DNA from: Scenedesmus sp. PABB004
Taxonomy: Eukaryota
Assembly (NCBI GenBank): GCA_014905635.1
Contig: JABVCE010000010.1
Location: 310,001-374,000, forward strand
Direction: 5' to 3'
DNA: 64,000 nt
A program made the translations under genes and the position numbers. The first letter of the stretch is position 1. Each line of letters begins with the position of its first letter. The notes below the pieces were generated by a model, which saw nothing but the letters and a program-made list of their open reading frames with translations, was not told where the DNA came from and made no database searches. Positions 11,746 through 22,949 of this stretch are shown in pieces.

Positions 11746-13185
11746 TCAGCGCCCCGCCCTGCAGCCCAGCTCGTAGCGCTTGGTGTCCTCCTCGAGCGTG
11801 GGGTTCTGGCAGATGCGCTCCACGTCTGAGCTTGAGACCAGCGCGCCCTCAAAGTGCGCGCCCTGCGGCGCGCCGCGGTGCGCCGTCGTGCCAGCGAGCG
11901 TCGGCGAGGCGGGGCGCGCGGCGGCGGCGGGGAGCGCGGGCGGCCGGCCCGGGCGGCGCGCGGAGAGCCAGCGGCCGGCGCGCCTTGAGGTTTGCCCACT
12001 CGCCCGTCGCCGCGTCGCGGCCAAAGGTCGCGCCCGTGAGGATGGCGTTCTCAAACTGCGCGCCGCTCATGTCCGCGCCGTCAAACGACCTGCGCGCGGC
12101 GCGGCGCGGCGCGGCGCGGCGCGGCGGGTCGGCGGCGGCCCGCGCCGTGGCGGGCGCCCACCCGCTCGCAAGGGGGGCGTCTCGGCGCCGCGCGCTCACG
12201 TGCCGTAGGCGTTCGCGTCTGTGAAGTCGACGCCGCGCAGCACCGCGCCCTGCGCCTGCGCGCGCGCAAACTGGCTGCCGACCACCTTGCTGTCGGCAAG
12301 GTTGGCGCCCTGCGCCGCGGCGGCGGCGCGGCGTCAGCGGCCGCGGCCGCGCCCGCGCGCCGGGGCCACGCGCCCGCACGGGGCGCGCGCCGCCGCAGTG
12401 CCCAGGGGCCAGTCCTGCGAGCCCTGCGCGCGTCCTGCAAGGCCTGCCAGGCCAGGGGGCTCGCCTGCAACATGACGGCGCTGAAGACCTTGCCGCTCAA
12501 GTCCTGGTTGCTCAGGTCGCAGCCTGGCCGCGGCGGCAAGGCGCGGGCGGGCGGGGCGCGCGTCGGCCGACCGCTCGAGCGGCCGCGCGACCGCGCCGCG
12601 CTGGCGCCCGCCGGCGGCACCCGCAGCACCCGCAGCACCCGCCGCGGGCGCGGGCGCGCACCCCGGATGTCCACAATCGCCTCGACCATGTTGCCGCCGC
12701 TGCGCGCGCGCGCGCCGGGCGTGCGGTGAGCGACCCCCGCGCCGCGCCGGGCGCGCGCTGGCCGCGCTTCCGGGCGCGCGCGGCGCGGGGGCGCCGCCGC
12801 CGCCGCCGCACCTGCTCTCCTGGCTGAACTTGGCCCGCGTGTCGGCGAACTTGTCGAGCGCCGCGGGCGAGCAGCGCCCTGCCGCGTCGGCATCCCGGAT
12901 TGGCGGCGCGGGCCTGGCGGCCTGCGCGGCGCCGCCGCCGGCCAGGGCGTGCAGCGCGAGGCAGGCCGCCGCGCCCAGGGCGGCCGCACGGCCGAGGCCG
13001 CCGGGCACGGTGCCGTCCGGCCCCCAGCGGTGGGTCTGCTGCGCCTCGGTCTGCTGCTGCTGCGCCCGCTGCTGCCGCTGCTCGGCGCGCGCCGCCGCTG
13101 CCACGCGGCAGCGCGCCGCGCGGCTGGCGCGTGCCGCTGTGCTGCAGGAGGCGCACGGGATGGGCGAGCGCAGCAGCAGCGCCAT
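11746..13185 (-). CDS. Thylakoid lumenal pentapeptide-repeat protein, TL17-like
   Basis: Bipartite transit peptide ending AQA, Cys pairs (GRC...DIRGCDL; ICQNPTL...ELGCR), A(D/N)LXX-type repeats (ANLAD, VDFTD, ADMSG, AQFEN). Confidence 0.85.
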
Positions 13186-13572
13186 CGTGCGGCGGCGGGC
13201 GGCGGCGCGCTCTCGGCAGCACGCTGGCGCCGGGCTTTTGGAGAGGGAGCTTTTGTGGGTGGCGGGGAGGGCGGGAGGTCCTGGGCGCCACCCGACAGGT
13301 GCGCCCTGCGGCGCGCGCTTTGGGGCTTTGCGGGCAACGAAAGCGACAGCGACAGCAGCGGGCGCGCTGCCGTGGCCCGCCACAATCGCAGCGACCGCTC
13401 GCCGCCGCCGCCGCCGCTCAGGTCCCGGCTGCGCCACAGTAGCAGTGACCGCTACAGCCAGTGATCGCTCGCCGCCGCTGCCGGCCCGCCCGCGCCACGC
13501 TCGCAGTGATCGCTCGCCACACCGCTCGCCGGCTCAGGTCCCAACTGCATCGACCGCTCGCCGCCGCGCAGC

Positions 13573-14815
13573 ATGCCGCCGCTGCCGGCGATGCAGGGCA
13601 CGTTGTTCAAATACGGCCCGGGCGCTGCGCACGTGGCCTTCAAGTCGCAGCCGCCTGCGCACGGCGTGGCGCCTGCGCCAGCGCGCGCCGTCGTGCTGCT
13701 CGGCGGTCTCACCGACGGCCTGCTCTTCGCGCCGTACGCGCCGCACCTCGAGCGCGCCGCGGCGCGGCTGGGCTGGACGCTCGTGCAGGCGCAGCTGTCG
13801 TCGTCGTGCGCCGGCTGGGGCCTGGCCAGCCTCGACGCCGACGCCGACGAGCTGCGCCTGCTGTCGGACTGCCTGCGCACGCGGCACGGCGTCGCCGCGT
13901 GGGTGCTGGTCGGCCACTCCACGGGCTGCCAGGACGCCGTGCGCTACGTCCAGCGACACCGCGCGCACGACGACGCGCTCGCGGGCGTGGTGCTGCAGGC
14001 GCCGGTGCGCGCGGGGGAGGCGCGCGGACCGGGGCGGAGGCGGCCCCGCGTGCGCGCGCCGCGCGCCGCCGCGGAGCTCAGGAGCTCACGAGCTCGCGCT
14101 CGCGGGGGCAGGTGAGCGACCGCGAGTACTTGGGAATGACTCCCGGCTGGGCGGAGCTGGAGGCCCCGGCGCGGGCCATGGTGGCGGCAGGGCGCGGCGA
14201 CGAGGTGCTGTGCAGGTGCGGCACGCGCGGCGCGCGGCGCCGCGCACGCCGCGCGGCGGCGGCGGCTGCAGCCGCCGCACGCACGCCGCCGCAGGGCGCG
14301 CGACTGGGACGGCGCGGCGGTGTCGGCGGCGCGCTTTCTCTCGCTCTGGGCGCGCGGCGGCGACGACGACTGCTTCAGCACAGACCTGACGCTGGAGGAG
14401 CTGCGGGTGCGGCGCCTGGCAGGGCACGCCTGCCAGGCCAGGCCTTGGCCCGCTGCGCGCGCCGCGCGTGCGCGCGCGGCGGCCGCCGCGGCGCCGACGG
14501 CCGTGCGGCGCCCTGCCCGCTGCGCCGCCGCAGCGCATCCTGGGCCCGCTGCGCGGCCTGCCGTGCGCGATCATCCAGTCGGGCGAGGACGAGACGGTGC
14601 CGCCGGCGCTGCGCGAGAGCGGCGCGGCGGCGGCGCTCGGGCGGCGCATGGCGGAGGCGATCGCGCTCGGCCCGCCCGGTGCGGGCCCCGCGGAGCCCGG
14701 CATGCCGGCGGCGCGGCTCTTTGTGGTGGAGGGCGCGGGGCACGCGTGCGCGGGGCACGAGGCGGACGTTGTCGCGCACATCAGCGATTTCCTGGAGGCA
14801 ATCGCGCCGCCGTGA
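13573..14815 (+). CDS. DUF1749/UPF0613 alpha/beta hydrolase (4 exons)
   Basis: GGLTDG oxyanion motif, LSSS..GWG..SL..D..E, nucleophile GHSTGCQD, QAPVSDRE, DDCFSTDL, SGEDETVP, GAGH. Confidence 0.9.
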
Positions 14816-14939
14816 GCTCGCGGCGGAGGTCCCCCGAGCTGCACACCCGCGGAGGGGAGCGTGCACACGCGCAGTGTTGCCCGCCGACGTCCCGACACCA
14901 ATGCCGGCAGCTGCGCGGGCAGTGCCCGCACGGCCACCG

Positions 14940-16937
14940 AGCCCCCCCCCCACAGCGCGCCACCCCCTCAGACCCCGGCGCCACGCTCGAGGGCAAAGAG
15001 CCAGCCCCAGCAGCTCAGCGGGCCGGCGGCCGCTCAGTCGGTCTGCATGGCCACCAGCTGCCCCGGCTCCTCCTTGACTGCCGGCTCCTCCCCCCCCGGC
15101 TGCACCTTGGTGGCCGCCGCCGCAGCCACCGCTGCGGCCAGCTGCTGCAGCGCCTCGGCCGCGGGGTGGTCAGGCGCGGCGCGCGGGGTGAAGCTCTCGA
15201 CGTCGCCGCGGCGCAGCGTCGCGACCACGGCGTCGCGCGACATGCCCGCAAGAGCGCCCAGCTCGCGCGTGTACTCTGACAGCGGCAGCTGCGCGACGTG
15301 CGGCGCGCGGCGGGCGGGAGAGGGCGGGGGGCAGGACATCGCGCCGGTTGGCCAGCGCAGGCGCGGCGGCGCAGCACGCGCCGGCTGGGCGCCCGAGCGC
15401 TCGCCAGCGGCCGGCGCGCACGTTGGTGGCCGCGGCGGTGCCCCAGAAGGCGAGGGCCGCCAGGTCGTAGGCCCGCGCCGCCTCCACCTCAGTCGCAAAG
15501 CCACCGAGGTAAACCTGGCGGCCGCGCGTGCGCCCGCTGCCGGCGGTGTTCTTGCGCGGCGCGGCCGCGTCCCACAGGTGCGACTGCGCAGCGGGCGGGG
15601 GTGCGCGTCCGTCAGGGGCGCCGCATCTGTCAGGGGCGCTCCCGCCGCCATGCTGGTGCCGCGCCGGCGCCTCACCTCCCACTTGCCGGTCCAGCGGTGC
15701 CGTGTGACGCCCTTGAAGGTGCTGGTGGACGAGTGTGACACCGCGGTGCCGCGCGCCAGCCCCGCCGGCGCGGCGCCGGCAAAGGGCAGGCCGGCGGGGT
15801 CGTTGTAGCTGACGGCAGGGTTGGCGAGTGCCGCGCGCGCGGCGCGCTGGGCGGCGCGGCCTGCGGCGTCGCGGCGCGCGCGGCGGTGGTCAGCGGTCGG
15901 CGACCAGCGCCGTGCGCCGCGCAGCAGGGCCCTGGCCGCCTCGCAGCGCAGCAGCACTCACTGGTGCTCTCGTAGTCGCTGCCGTCGCTGCCGCCCCCGC
16001 TGCCGCCCCTGGCGCGCGCCGCCAGCCCCGCCTGCGCGTGGCCCTTCTTCTTGGCTGAGCCGCCGCTCGCACGGCCGCCCCCGCTGCCGCCGCTGCCGCC
16101 GGGCTCCCTGGCCGCGGCGCGCTTGCGGCCGGCCATGAGCCCCTGGCCGTGCCCCAGCACCGCCGCCGCGAACGTGTCCTGCACCTCGGTGCCCGCCTCC
16201 TCCGTGCCAGTGCTGCCGTCCTGCAGGGCGGCCTCCCCACCGCCGCTGTCGCTGGCCGGGCCAGGGCGGCGCCGGCCCGGCAGCCCCGCCTGGCCGCCCA
16301 GCGCCAGGTCCCAGACCGTCGCCGCGGCCGCGGCCATGCTGGGCGAAATCAGCTGCCCGCCCGGCGCCAGAGCCCAGCTCGGGAAGTCAGCAAACGGACT
16401 GCCCGGCGCCGCCACGCTGGGCTCGAGCAGGACCGGGCTGCCAAGGCGCTGCAGCGGCGGGGGGCACGTGGCGGCCAGGCTGCCGGGGTGCAGCTCGGTT
16501 GAGCTGCACGACACCGGCAGCGAGCACTTGTGGCCGGGCTCCGCCTCGCCGGCGCCACGCGGAGCCGCGCCGCCGGCGCCAGCGCGGCCGGCGGCGCGGC
16601 CGGCCGGCCGAGCGCTCGGCTTGGCGCGCGGCGGCGGCGCGGCCTCGGCGCGGTCCGCCACGGCAGCCGCCGGCAGCGGCGCCTCCGGCGGGCGCGGCGC
16701 GACCATGGGAATGGATCCGGCCGTCACGGCGGCGCCGCCGGCGATGGGCAGGCACGGTGCAGCCGCCGCCGCCGCCGCCGCCGCGCCGGGGCGCGCGGGC
16801 CCGAGCTCGCTGCCCTCCGGCGGGCCGACCAGCCCAAGCGGCCCCCAGCTTTCTGGCAGGACCTTATGGAAGAAGAAGCCCAGCTCCGAGCTGCTGTGTG
16901 CCAGCGGCGTGGCGAGGTACGCGCCGGCCAGCTGCAG
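14940..16937. repeat. Left arm of a ~2 kb inverted repeat (partner 18635-20610)
   Basis: Reverse-complement match including introns and 3' UTR. Confidence 0.92.
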
Positions 16938-17729
16938 GCCCGCGCCGCCGGGCAAGCTGTGATCGAAATCCACATGGCTGGGGTCGGCCAGGCCGGGCAG
17001 GCTGGGCAGCCCGGTGCTGTCATCGAGGCTCGCCACACCAGTGCTGGAGCCGCGCGCGAGGCGGTGCGCCTGCGCCTGCGCGGCACCTGGGAAGCTCGCT
17101 GCCGTGAGCGCCGCGGCCGCCGCAGCGGCCGAGCCGGGCACGTGGCGCGCCGCCGGCCTCGCGGCGGGGCCGTCCGGCCAGCTCGGCGCGCGGTGCGGGG
17201 GCGGGGGCGCAAAAGCAAAGGGAAGAGTCAGCTGGGCGCCAGCGAGCTGGGGGCCGGCGAGCAGGTCAGCCGCTGCGCCAGGCGGCGCGCCGGGCGCCCC
17301 GAGCGGCGCGAGCGCGCGGCGCGGTGGTGCAGCGCGCACGGCTGCGCCCGCCAGGCCGGCGCCACGCGGCCCCGCGCCGCCGGCGCCGAGCTGCGCCAGC
17401 TGGTCTGCGAGGTTGAGTGAGAGGCCCGCCGTGAGGCCGCCGGGCGCGCCGGGCGCCAGGAACATGAGGTCGGGCGACGCGCCCTGCAGCGCGTCGGAAA
17501 GGCCCAGCGAGCCCGAGCTGGAGCTGCTGCCGAGCAGGCCCAGCGCGGCGCCGTCGCCGGAGCTGGCGGCGCCCAGGAGGAGGCCAGCCAGCGCGCCGCT
17601 GGCTGGCGGCGGCGGCGCCGGCGCGGCGGCCGGCGGCCCTGCGCGGACGGCAGGGGCGCGTGAGTCGCACGGGTCTGCTGAGGCGGGCCCCTGGGGGCAG
17701 GCGCCCTGGTCCTCACCTGGCTCGTGCAT
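15034..17729 (-). CDS. AP2-domain transcription factor, ANT/WRI1-like single AP2 (copy A; start uncertain)
   Basis: [21 protein letters not shown]...[29 protein letters not shown].....[28 protein letters not shown], preceded by a long low-complexity N-terminus. Confidence 0.88.
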
Positions 17730-18560
17730 GCCAGCGGCGGCGCCGCTACTCAGCGGCGCGCGCGTTGGCGCCGACCGGAGCCACCCGTCGCGCGAGCGAG
17801 CGCGTCCCAAGCCGACCCCTGGCTCTTCGGAGGCGGCCCTGGGCAACACGGGCGCGAAGCGCTGCAAAAGGCGCGAGGCCCGCCGCAGCCCGCCGCGCGC
17901 GCGCCGCTGCGGTCGGTCGGAACGGCGACGCCGAGAGCGAGGCTCTGAAGCGAGCGAGCGAGGAGTGTTCGTGGCACCGTCCGCGCATGAGCGCTGTGCG
18001 GCAGACCGAAACGGTCACGAGAGCGCGCGCGGCGCCGCTACAGCCGCGGCGTGCAGGTACTTCAGAACCACCACTTCCGCCTTCCACACAACGTCCGCAG
18101 CACTCCGCGAGCCGCTGCAGACACCAGCCCTGCCTGCGCTGGTCTGCCGCCTCGCACGCAGCGCCGCCGCTGCCGCCCGCAGCGCACGCAGCTGGCCCCG
18201 TGCGGCTGCTCCCCTGCCGCTCGGTCCGTGCCTGCGTCGGGCCGCACCGCCAGCGCGGGCAGCCGGGCGATGCTGCTGCGGCACGCGGCGGGCGCAGCAG
18301 CAGCCGCTTCCGGTCCGCGCCCCCGCTGGCCCGTGCCGCCGCCGGCCGCCCCGCCTGCCTGGCACCGTCACCGACAGCGCGCTGCCGCCATGGCCGCGCC
18401 GGGCGGCGGTAGCGGCGACGCGGCGGCGCAGCAGCAGCAGCGCGAGCAGCAGCTGCTGAGCGCGCGCCTCGCGGACAGCCACCCGCAGGTGGGCGCCAGC
18501 GACGGCGGGGGCGCGCTGCCGGGGACGCCACGGCGGCAGCGCCGCAACCATGCCGCGCAG
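17604..18560. repeat. First copy of a ~0.95 kb direct repeat (partner 20644-21620): AP2 5' end, divergent promoter, TatD exon 1 and intron 1
   Basis: Near-identical direct match, e.g. tacttcagaaccaccacttccgccttccacacaac occurs in both copies. Confidence 0.92.
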
Positions 18561-20516
18561 ACGCCGCGCCGCCGCTGCGCGCCAAGCCCGGCCTGCCGCG
18601 TGCGCCGCCGTGTCAAACCACGCCGCTGCGGCCGCAGGTCGCCGGCGCGTACCTCGGCGCGCCGCTGGCACACAGCAGCTCGGAGCTGGGCTTCTTCTTC
18701 CATGAGGTCCTGCCAGAAGGCCACGGCCCGCCTGAGCTGGCCGCCCCGCCGGAGGGCAGCGAGCTCGGCGCGGCGGCGGCGGCTGCACCGTGCCTGCCCA
18801 TCACCTGTGGCGCCACCGTGACGGCCGGCTCGGGCATGCCCACAGCCGCGCCGCGCCCGGCAGAGGCGCCGCTGCCGGCGGCCGCCGTGGCGGAGCACGC
18901 CGAGGCCACGCCGCCGCCACGCGCCAAGCCGAGCGCGCAGCCGGCCGGCCGCGCCGCCGGCCGTGCTGGCGCCGGTGGCGCGGCTCCGCGTGGCGCCGGC
19001 GAGGCGGAGCCCGGCCACAAGCGCTCGCTGCCGGTGTCGTGCAGCGCAACCGAGTGCCCCCCGCCGTCGCGGGGCTTCGGCGGTGCGCCGCTGCAGCGCC
19101 TCGGCAGCCCGGTCCTGCTCGAGCCCAGCGAGGCGGCGCCGGGCAGTCCGTTTGCTGACTTCCCGAGCTGGGCTCTGGCGCCGGGCGGGCAGCTGATTTC
19201 GCCGAGCCTGGCCGCAGCCGCGGCAGCGGCGGTCTGGAGCCTGGCGCTGGGCGGCCAGGCGGGGCTGTCGGGGCTGCCGGGCCGGCGCCGCGCCGGCCCG
19301 GCCAGTGACCGCGGCTCCAGGCGGGCCGCCCTGCAGGACGGCAGCACTGGCACGGAGGAGGCGGGCACCGAGGTGCAGGACACGTTCGCGGCGGCGGTGC
19401 TGGGGCACGGCCAGGGGCTCATGGCCGGCCGCAAGCGCGCCGCGGCCAGGGAGCCCGGCGGCAGCGGCGGCAGCGGGGGCGGCCGTGCGAGCGGCGGCTC
19501 AGCCAAGAAGAAGGGCCACGCGCAGGCGGGGCTGGCGGCGCGCGCCAGGGGCGGCAGCGGGGGCGGCAGCGACGGCAGCGACTACGAGAGCACCAGTGAG
19601 TGCTGCTGCGCTGCGAGGCGGCCAGGGCCCTGCTGCGCGGCGCACGGCGCTGGTCGCCGACCGCTGACCACCGCCGCGCGCGCCGCGACGCCGCAGGCCG
19701 CGCCGCCCAGCGCGCCGCGCGCGCGGCACTCGCCAACCCTGCCGTCAGCTACAACGACCCCGCCGGCCTGCCCTTTGCCGGCGCCGCGCCGGCGGGGCTG
19801 GCGCGCGGCACCGCGGTGTCACACTCGTCCACCAGCACCTTCAAGGGCGTCACACGGCACCGCTGGACCGGCAAGTGGGAGGTGAGGCGCCGGCACGGCA
19901 CCAGCATGGCGGCGGGAGCGCCCCTGACAGATGCGGCGCCCCTGACGGACGCGCACCCCCGCCCGCCGCGCAGTCGCACCTGTGGGACGCGGCCGCGCCG
20001 CGCAAGAACACCGCTGGCAGCGGGCGCACGCGCGGCCGCCAGGTTTACCTCGGTGGCTTTGCGACTGAGGTGGAGGCGGCGCGGGCCTACGACCTGGCGG
20101 CCCTCGCCTTCTGGGGCACCGCCGCGGCCACCAACGTGCGCGCCGGCCGCTGGCGACCGCTCGGGCGCCCAGCCGGCGCGTGCTGCGCCGCCGCGCCTGC
20201 GCTGGCCAGCCGGCGCGATGTCCTCCCCCCGCCCTCTCCCGCCCGCCGCGCGCCGCACGTCGCGCAGCTGCCGCTGTCAGAGTACACGCGCGAGCTGGGC
20301 GCTCTTGCGGGCATGTCGCGCGACGCCGTGGTCGCGACGCTGCGCAGCGGTGACCTCGAGAGCTTCACCCCGCGCGCCGCGCCTGACCACCCCGCGGCCG
20401 AGGCGCTGCAGCAGCTGGCCGCAGCGGCGGCCGCGGCCACCAAGGTGCAGCCGGGGGAGCAGCAGCCGGCGGTCAAGGAGGAGCCGGCGCAGCTGGTGGC
20501 CATGCAGACTGACTGA
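18390..20516 (+). CDS. Chimeric TatD-exon1::AP2 transcription factor (copy B), ~550 aa
   Basis: Exons 18390-18488, 18638-19595, 19697-19881, 19974-20135 and 20268-20516 join in frame with GT-AG sites; the AP2 domain is intact. Confidence 0.72.
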
Positions 20517-20643
20517 GCGGCCGCCGGCCCGCTGAGCTGCTGGGGCTGGCTCTTTGCCCTCCAGCGTGGCGCCCGGGTGTGAGCGGGTGGCGCGCTGGGG
20601 GGGGGGCCTCGACGGTCGCGCCGGGGGCCTCGGCGGTCGCGCC

Positions 20644-20769
20644 AGGCGGCGGCGGCGCCGGCGCGGCCGCCGGCGGCCCTGTGCGGACGGCAGGGGCGCG
20701 TGAGTCGCACGGGTCTGCTGAGGCGGGCCCCTGGGGGCAGGCGCCCTGGTCCTCACCTGGCTCGTGCAT
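20644..20769 (-). pseudogene. Truncated 5' stub of the AP2 gene, reading into the antisense of copy B
   Basis: [28 protein letters not shown]... matches the N-terminus of copy A, then breaks at ~20644. Confidence 0.75.
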
Positions 20770-21432
20770 GCCAGCGGCGGCGCCGCTACTCAGCGGCGCG
20801 CGCGTTGGCGCCGGCCGGAGCCACCCGTCGCGCGAGCGAGCGCGTCCCAAGCCGACCTCTGGCTCTTCGGAGGCGGCCCTGGGCCGCAACGCGGGCGCGA
20901 AGCGCTGCAAAAGGCGCGAGGCCCGCCGCAGCCCGCCGCGCGCGCGCCGCTGCGGTCGGTCGGAACGGCGACGCCGAGAGCGAGGCTCTGAAGCGAGCGA
21001 GCGAGGAGTGTTCGTGGCACCGTCCGCGCATGAGCGCTGTGCGGCAGACCGAAACGGTCACGAGAGCGCGCGCGGCGCCGCTACAGCCGCGGCGTGCAGG
21101 TACTTCAGAACCACCACTTCCGCCTTCCACACAACGTCCGCAGCACTCCGCGAGCCGCTGCAGACACCAGCCCTGCCTGCGCTGGTCTGCCGCCTCGCAC
21201 GCAGCGCCGCCGCCGCCGCCCGCAGCGCACGCAGCTGGCCCCGTGCGGCTGCTCCCCTGCCGCTCGGTCCGTGCCTGCGTCGGGCCGCACCGCCAGCGCG
21301 GGCAGCCGGGCGATGCTGCTGCGGCACGCGGCGGGCGCAGCAGCAGCCGCTTCCGGTCCGCGCCCCCGCTGGCCCGTGCCGCCGCCGGCCGCCCCGCCTG
21401 CCTGGCACCGTCACCGACAGCGCGCTGCCGCC

Positions 21433-22949
21433 ATGGCCGCGCCGGGCGGCGGTAGCGGCGACGTGGCGGAGCAGCAGCAGCAGGAGCAGCAGCTGGAGCA
21501 GCAGCACCAGCTCGCGCGGCGCCTCGCGGATGCGCACTGCCACCCGCAGGTGGGCGCCAGGCCTGGCCGCTGCCGGGGGACGCCACGGCGGCAGCGCCGC
21601 AAGCGCGCCGCACCGCGCGCAGCTCGACCCCGCGCGCCTGGGCGACGTCGTGGCGCTGGCGTGCCCGCGCCTGGCGGCCATGAGCGTCTCGCTGGACGTT
21701 GACTGGGACCTCACCGCGCGCCTGGCGCGCCTCGCCGGTGCGGCGGCGGCGCCGCCGGGCAGGGGCTCCCTGTGTGGGGCCCGCGCCGCGCGGCCCCGCG
21801 GGCGCCGCCGACTGCAGCCGCGCCGCCTGCGCGCGCAAAGCCCCCAAGGTGCTGCCCGGCTTTGGCATCCACCCCTGGTGGGCGCACCTGCACGCCTCGG
21901 CCGTTGGCGACACCTGGCCGGACCTGCTGGAGGCGCGGGCGCCGGGGGACGTCGACGCGGCCATCGCCATCCTGGCGCACCACGACCCGGTGACAGACTC
22001 TGGCGCGTACGCGACCAACCGCCCCGCCGCGCCTGACGCGGCGCAGCCCGCCGGCGGCGGCCCCGAGCAGCGGGCGCAGCAGGCGCAGGCGCAGCCGCAC
22101 CTGGGCGCGGGGCTGCGCGTCGTGCCGCAGGCCGAGTGGGAGGCGCGCCTGCGCGCGCTGCTGGTGGAACACCCGCACGCCCTTGTCGGAGGTGCGTCAG
22201 CCGCGCGCGCCGCCGGCCGCGCTGCCGCGCGAGGCGCGGGCGCGCGCGGAGCGCCCGGCCGCGCGGCCGCACCCGCTCCCGCCGCCGCGGCGAGCGCCCG
22301 TCCACAGAGATTGGTATAGACCGCGCCGCGACCATCCCCGGCAGCCGCGCGCGCACGTCGCTCGCGCATCAGCTGGAGCTCGTGCGCCGCCAGGTGCGCG
22401 CCGCTGCGCCTGCGCAGGCGGGCGGGCGGCGGCCGCGGGGGCGGCTCGGCGCGCGCGCGCCCGCGCGCGCGCCCACGCGCGCCCGCGCCGCGCCCGCTCG
22501 CCGCGCAGGTCGCGGTCGCGGCCGAGCTGCGGCGCCCCGTGAGCGTGCACTGCGTGCGCGGCTACGGCGCGCTGCTGGGCCTGCTCGCCGACCTCCCGCC
22601 CGGCGCCGCGCCGCCGGGCGTGATGCTGCACAGCTACGGCGGCAGCGTGGAGGAGGTCCGGCGCTTCGCGGCGCTCCCGCACGGCGTCGGGCGGCGCGTG
22701 TTTTTCAGCTTCAGCGCCGCCATCAACGCCCGCGCGCCCGCCAAGCTCGCCGCGCGCATTGCGGCGGTGCCGGACGACCGGCTGCTGCTCGAGAGCGACC
22801 AGGTCACGCCGGGCGCGATTGACCCCGGGCTCGCGGCGATCGCTGCCGCTGCCGCTGCCGCCAAGGGCTGGAGCCTGGCTGAGACCGCGGAGCGCGCGCT
22901 GGCCAACTTTGAGGACTTTTACGCCGACCAGCTCGCGGCCCTCGGGTAA
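21433..22949 (+). CDS. tatD: TatD-family metal-dependent DNase (5 exons)
   Basis: DAHCH, GFGIHPWW, VGEIGID, PVSVHCVR, MLHSYGGS, LLLESD motifs. Confidence 0.92.

Noticed and set aside
14940..21620. Inverted repeats as transposon TIRs
   Set aside because: The arms are host gene sequence with introns. No transposase or target-site duplication was seen.
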